NCBI GenBank assembly: GCA_963785775.1 | Contig: CAWAWH010000001.1 | Span: 1,233 to 65,232 of the forward strand | From: an uncultured Solirubrobacterales bacterium | Lineage (GTDB): Bacteria; Actinomycetota; Thermoleophilia; Solirubrobacterales; 70-9 | Length of the DNA: 64,000 nt | Direction: 5' to 3' | In this document: in pieces, positions 32,316 through 41,742 of the stretch | How the letters are laid out: the number at the start of each line of letters is the position of its first letter | How positions within the stretch are numbered: position 1 is the first letter of the stretch | Made by a program: the position numbers and the translations under genes | The notes under the pieces: model-generated | Databases searched by the model: none | Told to the model about the DNA's origin: nothing | Seen by the model: only the letters and a program-made list of their open reading frames with translations

Positions 32316-32940
32316 CGCGCCGTTCGGCCGCGGCCGCGTGCGCCGCCTCTTCGGGCTTGACCGCTCCGGCCCCAAACCGCAGCGCACCCGCCGGGGCGAG
32401 CCGCTCAACCCCTGGACGATCCCCAACCTGGTCGGCTACCTGCGCCTGGCGGCGCTGCCCGTCTTCCTCTACCTCGCCTTCGAATCCGGCGACGGGCGCA
32501 GCGCCCCGGCCGCGATCGTCTTCTGGCTGATCGCCGCCGGCGACTACCTCGACGGCTTCCTCGCCCGCGTCACCGGTCAGTACAGCCGCATGGGGGCATT
32601 GCTCGACCCCCTCGTCGACCGCCTCACGGTCCTCTCCGGCGCCGTCGTCTGCTGGTACTTCGACCTGCTGCCGCACTGGGCCCTGGCGCTGCTGGCCCTG
32701 CGCGAGCTGGCGATGCTCGGCCTCGCCCAGTACGGCCTCCGCCACGGGGTCGACATCGAGGTCAACTGGCCCGGCCGGATCTCGGTCTTCCCGATCATGG
32801 GCGGGATCTTCCTGGCGCTGGTCGTCGCCGGCTGGGTGCCGGCGGCGCTGCTGATCGTCGGCCTCGCGCTGGCGATCCTCGCAACCGCGCTCTACGCCCG
32901 CGCCGGCCTGCGCGCGGTCCGCGCCGCCGCTGCAAGCTGA
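32305..32940 (+). CDS. CDP-alcohol phosphatidyltransferase (PgsA-like)
   Basis: Signature DYLDGFLARVTGQYSRMGALLDPLVDRL, i.e. D(x)2DG(x)2AR...G(x)3D(x)3D, plus multiple TM helices. The start codon is uncertain (alternative 32278). Confidence 0.85.
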   Translation: MPSSAPFGRGRVRRLFGLDRSGPKPQRTRRGEPLNPWTIPNLVGYLRLAALPVFLYLAFESGDGRSAPAAIVFWLIAAGDYLDGFLARVTGQYSRMGALLDPLVDRLTVLSGAVVCWYFDLLPHWALALLALRELAMLGLAQYGLRHGVDIEVNWPGRISVFPIMGGIFLALVVAGWVPAALLIVGLALAILATALYARAGLRAVRAAAAS

Positions 32941-32958
32941 GCCCCAAACGGCAAAACC

Positions 32959-32975
32959 TTCAACCTGCAGTTGAA
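32959..32975. promoter_or_regulatory. operator-like palindrome TTCAAC-N5-GTTGAA overlapping the -35
   Basis: Perfect 6-bp half-sites at 32959-32964 and 32970-32975. Confidence 0.4.
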
Positions 32976-33000
32976 CCTTTGGCCCCGCTCGACCTATAAT
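32971..33000 (+). promoter_or_regulatory. near-consensus promoter TTGAAC-18-TATAAT
   Basis: -35 at 32971-32976 and -10 at 32995-33000. A leader follows with SD AAGGAG at 33042-33047, upstream of ATG 33052. Confidence 0.6.
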
Positions 33001-33051
33001 CGTCGCCTGCGCAAACGGGGGCGCCCGCGCCTCCTTCGACTAAGGAGCGAG

Positions 33052-33324
33052 ATGGAGGACACCTTTCCCGATCTGGGATCCCTCAGCGACAAGGAGCTGA
33101 AGGACCTGATCGACAAGCTCACGGAGGAGGAGAACGAGATCTCCTACAAGCGGCGCGTCCTGCACGGGAAGATCGACATCCTCCGGGCCGAGCTGGTCAA
33201 CCGGCTGCGCGACAAACACGAGCGCGGCGACTCGATGATCACCGGCGACGACGTCAGCAAGCTGACCGAGATCCTCGCCGGCAAGGCACAGCAGCAGGCG
33301 CCTGAGGACGAGCCCGCCGCCTAG
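33052..33324 (+). CDS. small coiled-coil protein, RsiG-like (candidate c-di-GMP-binding motif)
   Basis: 90 aa and strongly helical. Residues 27-42 are E-NEI-S-YK-R-RVL-H-GKI-D, matching E(x)3S(x)2R(x)3Q(x)3D except for Q to H. The surrounding LSDKELKDLIDKL...ILRAELVNRL resembles RsiG-family sequences as I recall them. Confidence 0.45.
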   Translation: MEDTFPDLGSLSDKELKDLIDKLTEEENEISYKRRVLHGKIDILRAELVNRLRDKHERGDSMITGDDVSKLTEILAGKAQQQAPEDEPAA

Positions 33325-33339
33325 CGCCGGGAGCCGAGC

Positions 33340-33813
33340 ATGGCCGTCCACTGTCCCGAGTGCGGGTTCGCCAACCCCGAGGGCGCCAACTACTGCCAGA
33401 AGTGCGGCGCCTACCTCGGCGGGCCGGCGGAGTCCGGCGAGGACCCGACGACGATGACCTACACCGTCGACGAGACCGGCGACATGCAGCCGGTCGACAT
33501 CGACGAGGTGGTCGAGGAGGCGGGGGCGGCGCTGGTGATCCGCGCCGGCGGCGGCCGCGCGGGGGAGAGCTTCAGCATCGACGAGGAGCGGATCAGCATC
33601 GGCCGCAGCCCCGACGCCGGCGTCTTCCTCGACGACGTCACCGTCTCCCGCAACCACGCGCTGCTGGTGCGGCGCCGCGACGGCCTCTACATCGACGACC
33701 TCGGCTCGCTCAACGGCACCTACGTCAACCGCCGCCGGATCGAGTCGCACCGGCTCGCCGACGGCGACGAGATCCAGGTCGGCAAGTACAAGCTCAGCTT
33801 CCTGGAGCGATGA
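33340..33813 (+). CDS. zinc-ribbon plus FHA domain protein (GarA/OdhI-like)
   Basis: N-terminal CPECG...CQKCG ribbon, a Thr-rich linker (TTMTYTVDETGD) and an FHA core (IGRSPDAGVFLDDVTVSRNHALL...LGSLNGTYVN). Confidence 0.88.
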   Translation: MAVHCPECGFANPEGANYCQKCGAYLGGPAESGEDPTTMTYTVDETGDMQPVDIDEVVEEAGAALVIRAGGGRAGESFSIDEERISIGRSPDAGVFLDDVTVSRNHALLVRRRDGLYIDDLGSLNGTYVNRRRIESHRLADGDEIQVGKYKLSFLER

Positions 33814-34559
33814 GGATGCCCGTCTCCGACCAGCCGGCGCGGCCGCCGGAATCGGCCAGCCGCCCGCGCAAGGCGCTGACGATCGGCGCCGTCTGCAAGA
33901 TCCTGCAGGGGGAGTTCGACGACGTCTCGATCTCGAAGATCCGCTACCTCGAGGACCAAAAGCTGCTGAGCCCGCGCCGCACCTCCGGCGGCTACCGTCT
34001 CTACAGCCAATCCGACGTCGAGCGGCTGCGCACGATCCTGCGCCTGCAGCGCGACGAGTTCCTGCCGCTGCGGGTGATCCGCCAGGAGCTGGCCGGCGGC
34101 GGCGACCTCGTCCTCGGCGAGTCCGAGCGCAAGCCCAACGGCGGCGGCGCCCGGCGGGCGATCCTGGTCGACACCTCGCGCGCCCACCTGGCCCTGGAGG
34201 AGGTGGTCGAGGAGACCGGCGCCCGTGAGGAGCTGATCGCCGAACTGGAGAACTTCGGCATCGTCCAGCCGGAGAAGCGCGAGGGCAGGGCGGTCTACGA
34301 CGAGACCGATCGCGAGATCGTCCGCGCCGCCAACGAGCTCTCGCGGGTCGGCGTCGGCGCCCGCAACCTGCGCGTCTTCCGCTCCTCCGCCGACCGCGAG
34401 GCGAACCTGCTGGAAGCGCTGCTGGGCCCGTCGCTGCGCTCGCGCAACCCCGAGCGCCGCAAGGAGGCGCTGCAGAGCCTGGAAAGCCTGGCGGCGACGG
34501 TCAGCCACCTCAAGCACCTGCTGCTCGTGCGAGATCTGCGCCGGCTCGCAGGCGAGTAA
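33810..34559 (+). CDS. MerR-family transcriptional regulator (FtsR/Rv1828-like)
   Basis: ATGA overlap with the FHA gene. MerR HTH LTIGAVCKILQGEFDDVSISKIRYLEDQKLLSPRRTSGGYRLYSQSDVERLRTILRLQRDEFLPLRVI plus a C-terminal dimerisation-type domain. Confidence 0.85.
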   Translation: MRMPVSDQPARPPESASRPRKALTIGAVCKILQGEFDDVSISKIRYLEDQKLLSPRRTSGGYRLYSQSDVERLRTILRLQRDEFLPLRVIRQELAGGGDLVLGESERKPNGGGARRAILVDTSRAHLALEEVVEETGAREELIAELENFGIVQPEKREGRAVYDETDREIVRAANELSRVGVGARNLRVFRSSADREANLLEALLGPSLRSRNPERRKEALQSLESLAATVSHLKHLLLVRDLRRLAGE

Positions 34560-34574
34560 CGGTCCCGAACCCTC

Positions 34575-35036
34575 GTGGCCCGCGTAACCCGCCGCCGCAT
34601 CGTCTCGGCATCGGTGCCGGAGGTCTGGAGCCTCGTCTCCGACCCATACAACCTGCCGCGCTGGTGGCCGCGCACGAGCAGGGTCGAGAACGTCGAGCGC
34701 CGTGGCGGCGGCCGGCGCAGCCAGTGGACCAAGGTGCTGGAGACGAGCGAGGGGCGCGGTGTGCGGGCCGACTTCCGCTGCCTCAGCTCGGCCGAGAACG
34801 AGCGCTACGTCTGGGAGCAGGAGCTGGAGGGAACGCCGTTCGCCCGTCACCTGCGCAGCTCGCGGATCGAGATCGCGATGCGGGAGAGCGGCGAGGGGAC
34901 GCAGGTCGACCTCAGCTCGGTGCAGGCGCTGAAAGGGATGTCGCGGCTGGGCTCGCCGATGATGCGCCGTGGCCAGGGGGCGATCCTCGACGAGGCGCTC
35001 GACGGGATCGAGCGGGCGCTCGGAGCCGAGAGATGA
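34575..35036 (+). CDS. SRPBCC (START/polyketide cyclase-like) superfamily protein
   Basis: 153 aa. The opening SASVPEVWSLVSDPYNLPRWWP is typical of SRPBCC proteins. Confidence 0.7.
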   Translation: MARVTRRRIVSASVPEVWSLVSDPYNLPRWWPRTSRVENVERRGGGRRSQWTKVLETSEGRGVRADFRCLSSAENERYVWEQELEGTPFARHLRSSRIEIAMRESGEGTQVDLSSVQALKGMSRLGSPMMRRGQGAILDEALDGIERALGAER

Positions 35037-36676
35037 ACGCCAGGGCCATCCAACCCCGTCGAGACTCCAGGTGGTGGGGGTGGGGGGATCCGGCCGTGGC
35101 GCCGGAGCTCGACGCGCAGGCATCGGCCGTGTTGCGGGAGCGGATCGGGGAGCTGGAGGCGTGGCCGCTGGCCCGGGCGCTGGACGATTTCGCGCTGCCC
35201 GATCCGGAGCTGCTGCCGGCGGCGCTGGCGGAGGCGGTCGGCGCCGGTTCGGTCTTCACCTCGAAGGAGGACCGCCTGCGCCACGCCCACGGCGGCGGCT
35301 ACACAGACCTGGCCCGCCTGCGCGGCGGCGGCCTCGCGGCGGCGCCGGACGCGGTGGTCTTGCCGGCCGACGCCGAGGCGCTGCGGCGGGTGCTCGACGT
35401 CTGCGCGAGCGAGGGCATCGCCGTGGTTCCGTTCGGCGGCGGCACCAGCGTCGTCGGCGGGATCGAGCCGTTGCGGGGGGCGCACCCGCGCCTTATCAGC
35501 CTCGACCTCGGCGCCCTGCGTGCGGTGGAGGTCGACCGTCGCTCGCTCACCGCCCGGCTCGGGGCGGGGTTGCGCGGGCCGGAGGCCGAGGCGGCGCTGG
35601 GCCGGCGAGGGCGTCACCCTCGGCCATTTCCCCAGTCCTTCGAGTACGCGACGATCGGCGGCTTCGCCGCCACCCGCTCCGCCGGCCAGGCCTCGAGCGG
35701 CTACGGACGCTTCGATGCCCTGGTCAGCTCGGTCCGGCTCTGCGCTCCCGCCGGCGACCTGCGCACGCTGGAAACGCCGCACACGGCCGCCGGGCCGGCG
35801 CTGCGGGAGCTGGTGGTCGGCTCCGAGGGGGCGCTCGGCGTCATCCCCGAGGTGACGGTGCGGGTGCGGCCGGCGCCGTCGGCGCGGCGCTACGAGGCCT
35901 GGATGGCGGCGAGCTTCGAAGAGGGCGCCGAGATCGTCCGCGCCCTCGCCCAGGGCCCCGGCCTGCCCGACGTCGTCCGCGTCTCCGACGAGGAGGAGAC
36001 GCAGGGCTCGCTGGCGCTCTCGGGGCCACGCGGCGCCGCGGGCAAGCTGTTCGGGAGCTACCTCGGCCTGCGCAGGCGCCGTGGCGGTGCCCTGGTGATC
36101 GTCGGTCACGAGGGCGACGAGGAGTCGGTGGCGCGGCGGCGGGCGCTGGCCGTGCGCGAGCTGCGCGGCGGCGGCGCCGCCTACCTCGGCCAGGCCGCCG
36201 GGCGCTCCTGGGAGCACGGCCGCTACCAGGGCCCCTACCTGCGCGACACGCTGATGGAGATGGGGGCGATGGTCGAGACCCTGGAGACCTCGCACACCTG
36301 GGCCCGGCTGGGCGAGCTGCACGACGCGGTCGCCAAGGCGATCCACGACTCGCTCGACGGCCAGGGCACCCCGGGACTCGTCTTCTGCCACCTCTCGCAC
36401 GCCTACGCCGACGGCGCCTCGCTCTACTTCACCTTCATCGCCCGCTGCCGTCGCGGCGCCGAGCTCGAGCAGTGGGGCGAGGTCAAGCGCGCCGCCTCGG
36501 AGGCGATCGTCGCCAGCGGCGGCACGATCACCCACCACCACGCCGTCGGCCGCGACCACGCCCCCTACATGGAGGCGGAGGTGGGGGAGGCCGGCCTCGA
36601 AGTCCTGCGCGCCGTCAAGGACCAGTTGGACCCGACAGGAATCATGAATCCCGGCAAGCTGCTGCCGGCCGCCTGA
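35033..36676 (+). pseudogene. FAD-linked oxidase, alkyl-DHAP synthase (AGPS)-like, with a short out-of-frame patch as sequenced
   Basis: ATGA overlap with the SRPBCC gene. Features are WWGWGDP near the N-terminus, the FAD-binding VPFGGGTSVVGG, and the C-terminal GGTITHHHAVG...GIMNPGKLL. The conserved GVTLGHFP lies in another frame between about 35598 and about 35632. Confidence 0.85.
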
Positions 36677-36679
36677 GCC

Positions 36680-37603
36680 CTATTCCTTGGCTTTGTTGGC
36701 GGCGCCGACGATCGGGCCGGTTACGGTCCCCCGCAGCACTTCGGTGCCGGTGTAGACGGGCGCCTTCTTTTCGCTGGTCGCCTTCGCCAGCGACGCTTTC
36801 AGGGTCGAGTCGGAGGTGAGGGTGATCGCGATCTGGTCGAAGGTCCCCTTGGCGAGGTAGGCCAGCACTTCGGTCGGGACTTCGACCTGGGCGGCGATCT
36901 TGCCGGCCTTGTCAACCGCGGTCGTCGCCAGCGGCAGCATCTTCTGCGGCGACTGGGCCAGCCAGACCGTGTAGGACTGGCCCTTCGCGGTCGGCGCCAG
37001 ACCGGTTGCCTCGACCTGCAGCGCCAGCGAGTTCTTCACCCGGCCGAAGACCGCCAGGCCCTTGGCGCTGCCGCCGCCGACCGGTTCGAGGACGGCCTGC
37101 GTCACTTCTTTCGATTTGGAGGCGGCGGTGCTGGCGGCTTCTTCGGCAGTGGCCGCGCCTTCGCCGGAGGAGGAGGTCGTGTCGCTGGAGCCGCCCCCGC
37201 CTCCGCCGATCGCGAGGACGACGATCAGCGCCACCACGACCAGGGCGCCGGCGGCGATCGCGGCCCGGGCGCCGGGGCTCTTCGGCAGCGAGACGTTGGG
37301 GCGGGATGGGGGCGGGCGCCTGGCTGGCTTGGCCGCGGCGGGCTCCGATGGAGTGGGAGGGGAATCGGCAGGCGCCGGCTCTTTCGGCGGCTCCGCTGGG
37401 GCCGGGCCGGCCCGCTCGGGTGCCGGGGGATCGGGCTCCGGCGGCGGCGCCTCGCCTTCGGCCTCGAGCTGCTCCAGCGCGTCCTTGACCCGCGCTCGCA
37501 CCTCGTCGACGCTGAGGCCCATCAGGGCCGCCAGGTCGTCGTATCCCTGCTCGCGCTGCGCGAGCAGGCGCAGCATCGCCCTCTGGTCGTCGCTGAGCGC
37601 CAT
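36680..37603 (-). CDS. membrane protein: sigma70 region-4-like HTH, Pro-rich linker, TM helix and RskA-type extracytoplasmic domain
   Basis: N-terminal LSDDQRAMLRLLAQREQGYDDLAALMGLSVDEVRARVKDAL, an approximately 60-aa Pro-rich linker, a TM helix (AAIAAGALVVVALIVVLAIG) and a C-terminal YTVWLAQSP... RskA-like domain. The start is taken at ATG 37603. An upstream TTG at 37612 abuts the -10 box. Confidence 0.65.
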   Translation of the reverse strand: MALSDDQRAMLRLLAQREQGYDDLAALMGLSVDEVRARVKDALEQLEAEGEAPPPEPDPPAPERAGPAPAEPPKEPAPADSPPTPSEPAAAKPARRPPPSRPNVSLPKSPGARAAIAAGALVVVALIVVLAIGGGGGGSSDTTSSSGEGAATAEEAASTAASKSKEVTQAVLEPVGGGSAKGLAVFGRVKNSLALQVEATGLAPTAKGQSYTVWLAQSPQKMLPLATTAVDKAGKIAAQVEVPTEVLAYLAKGTFDQIAITLTSDSTLKASLAKATSEKKAPVYTGTEVLRGTVTGPIVGAANKAKE

Positions 37604-37612
37604 CGCCGGCAA

Positions 37613-37618
37613 ACCCTA
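37613..37618 (-). promoter_or_regulatory. -10 box TAGGGT, 9 nt upstream of ATG 37603 (leaderless)
   Basis: The plus-strand sequence acccta gives CATAGGGT on the minus strand. Confidence 0.4.
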
Positions 37619-37683
37619 TGCGCCGAGGCCGACGAGTGCGGGCGCCCCGCCCACGGGTCGCGAAAGCTTAATCTCGCCCCCGC

Positions 37684-37689
37684 TAGGGT
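37684..37689 (+). promoter_or_regulatory. -10 box TAGGGT, 9 nt upstream of the thioesterase ATG (leaderless)
   Basis: GCTAGGGT with a 9-nt spacer to ATG 37699. Confidence 0.4.
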
Positions 37690-37698
37690 TTCGGCCCG

Positions 37699-38103
37699 AT
37701 GAGCGACGACCCGCGCGGCCTGCTGTCCCACTTCGACGCCCTGATCGGCACCGAGTGGCTCGACGACGACCCCGACCACGCCCGGGTGCGGATCGAGCTG
37801 CGCGACGAGCTGCGCCAGCCGGTCGGCCTGCTCCACGGCGGCGTCATGTCGACCCTGGTCGAGAGCATCTGCTCGCGAGCCACGGCACTGGCCACGATGG
37901 ACGACGGGATGATGGCGATGGGCCAGTCGATCAGCGTCAGCTTCATCCGCCCGATCACCACGGGTGCCGCCGAGGTCCGCGCCCGAGCCCGCCACCGCGG
38001 CCGCACCACCTGGGTCTGGGACGCCGAAGTCCTCAACGACGACGCAAAGCTCTGCGCTCTAGCCCAAATGACGATTGCCATCCGACCCCTGCCGAAGAGC
38101 TAG
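37699..38103 (+). CDS. PaaI-family hotdog-fold thioesterase
   Basis: 134 aa. The LLHGGVMSTLVESICS motif and length are typical of PaaI/YbdB-type thioesterases. Confidence 0.8.
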   Translation: MSDDPRGLLSHFDALIGTEWLDDDPDHARVRIELRDELRQPVGLLHGGVMSTLVESICSRATALATMDDGMMAMGQSISVSFIRPITTGAAEVRARARHRGRTTWVWDAEVLNDDAKLCALAQMTIAIRPLPKS

Positions 38104-38174
38104 CTAGGGCTTCTCGGACCTATGGCCAATTGCAAAGTCTTGATCAGGAATCGCCCGACTTGGCCCTCCACCCC

Positions 38175-39770
<1,596 letters not shown>

Positions 39771-39987
39771 GTGGGGGCTTCGCTCCTTTAGAGGGTTCGT
39801 GAGTAGGCGCGGTCGAGGACCTGGACGGTGTGCAGCGCCGGGATCGGGTGGCCCAGCGTAGTGGTCGCGGGCGAGGGAGTCCCGGCTGGCTCGATCACAC
39901 AACTTCCGGAAACGACACGGCTCCCTTGGCCATAAGGCACCCGTGGCTCGGCTTGCCGGGTTGGAACAACGTGCTGGGTAACTACAG

Positions 39988-41661
39988 CTAGCCGCCGAAC
40001 CTGTTGGTGATCGGCAGCCGGCGGTCCTTGCCGAACGCGCGTGGAGTTATGCGAATGCCCGGTGCCGCCTGGCGGCGCTTGTACTCGGAGTGGTCGACGA
40101 GGGCGATGACGTCGTCGACGGTCGCCGCGGGGAGCCCGGCGGCGATCATCTCCTCGCGGCCCTGGTCGCGCTCGACGTAGGCCTCGAGGATGCGGTCGAG
40201 CAGGTCGTAGGGGGGGAGGGAGTCGCTGTCGAGCTGGTCGGGGCGCAGCTCGGCGGAGGGGGCCGCGATCGATCACCGAGGCCGGCGACCAGCTCGCGCC
40301 CGGCGCGCTCGTTGCGGCGGCGGGTCAGCTCGTAGACGAGCGTCTTCGGCACGTCCTTGATCACCGCGAAGCCACCCGCCATGTCGCCGTAGAGGGTCGC
40401 GTAGCCGACCGACATCTCGCTCTTGTTGCCGGTGGTGAGGACCAGCCAGCCGTGCCGGTTGGAGAGCGCCATCATCAGGTTGCCGCGGATCCGCGCCTGG
40501 ATGTTCTCCGCCGCCAGGTCGGGCTCGGAGGGCCGCGCCGGGTCGCGCGGCGGCTGCTCCTCGCCGGCCGCGGGCGCCTCGCCGGGGCCGAGGAAGCCGG
40601 CCAGGGACCGCTCGTACGCCGACATCGCCGGCTCGATCGGGATCTCGATCAGCTCGCAGTCGAGGTTGGCGGCGATAGTTCGGGCGTCGGCCTGGGTTTC
40701 AGGGCTGGAATGAGGCGAGGGCATCACCACGCAGCTGAGCCGCTCGGGACCGACCGCGTCGGCCGCGAGCATCGCCACCAGAGCGGAGTCGATGCCGCCG
40801 GAGAGGGCGACGCCGACGTGGCGGAAGCCGTTCTTGGCGACGTAGTCGCGCAGGCCCAGGATCAGCGCCGAGTAGACCTCGTCGAGGTCGGCGAGCGGCT
40901 CGGCGAGCGGCCCCGGGGCCGCCGCCGGCAGATCGCAGACCAACAGCTCCTCCTCGAACTGGGCGGCGCGGGCAATCACGGCCCCGCTCGGGTCGGTGAC
41001 CAGGCTCTGGCCGTCAAAGACCAGCTCGTCCTGGCCGCCGACGAGGTTGCAGAAGGCGAAGTAGGCGCCGTAGGCCCGCGAGCGCTCGGCGAGCATCTCG
41101 GCCCGCTCGCGGCCCTTGCCGCGGTGGTAGGGGGAGCCGGAGGGGTTGGCGATCAGCGTCGCCCCCTGCTCGGCCTCGGCCTGGGCCGGCGGGCCGGGCG
41201 CCCAGACGTCCTCGCAGACCGTCAGGCCGACCTTCTTGCCGCCCACCTCGATCGTCATCGGCTCGGCGCCGGGAACGAAGTAGCGCTGCTCGTCGAAGAC
41301 CGCGTAGTTGGGGAGCCGGTTCTTGCGGTAGACGCCGCGCACGGCGCCGTCGCGCGAGCACGGCGATCGAGTTGTGGGCGTGGCGCGAATCGCCGCCGCC
41401 GGCGACAGGCTCGGCGAACCCGACCAGCACGGTCATCTCGCCGACTCCCCGCGCCAGCTCCTCGACCGCGCGCCGGTTGGCCGCGACGAAGTGCCGCTTC
41501 AGGTAGAGGTCCTCGGCCGGGTACCCCGGCAGGCAGAGCTCGGGGAAGATCGTCAGCTCGGCCCCGGCGGCGCCGGCGCGGGCGATCCACTCGGCGATCT
41601 TGGCGGCGTTGCCGTCGATGTCGCCGACGGTGGGGTCGATCTGGGCCAGGGCTACGCGCAT
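39988..41661 (-). pseudogene. nadE: glutamine-dependent NAD+ synthetase, about 3 frame breaks as sequenced
   Basis: CN-hydrolase domain (MRVALAQIDPTVGD...IFPELCLPGYPAEDL, GLTVCEDVW) plus synthetase domain (GVALSGGIDSALVA, TTGNKSEMSVGYATLYGDMAGG) and C-terminal ...[34 protein letters not shown]. The breaks are at about 41352, 40283 and 40268. Confidence 0.9.
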
Positions 41662-41729
41662 GGCTGCCTCGAAGCGCTCACCGCGGAAGTATCGCCGTCG
41701 GGGCGGGCGAAGCGAGCCGAGGCGCTCGC

Positions 41730-41735
41730 TAGGCT
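41730..41735 (+). promoter_or_regulatory. -10 box TAGGCT, 7 nt upstream of ATG 41743 (leaderless)
   Basis: GCTAGGCT with a 7-nt spacer. Confidence 0.45.
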
Positions 41736-41742
41736 GCTCGCA

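Noticed and set aside
38104-38174. Extension of the aceB middle-frame ORF down to 38104.
   Set aside because: After correcting the frameshift at about 38632 the conserved C-terminus (…[11 protein letters not shown]) ends at 38175. The extension is an off-frame read-through into the convergent intergenic region.
39771-39987. The 217-nt untranslated region upstream of aceB as a riboswitch or sRNA.
   Set aside because: I could not recognise any known riboswitch core, CRP/RamB-type palindrome or convincing conserved structure. It is probably just the promoter and leader plus the nadE 3' region.
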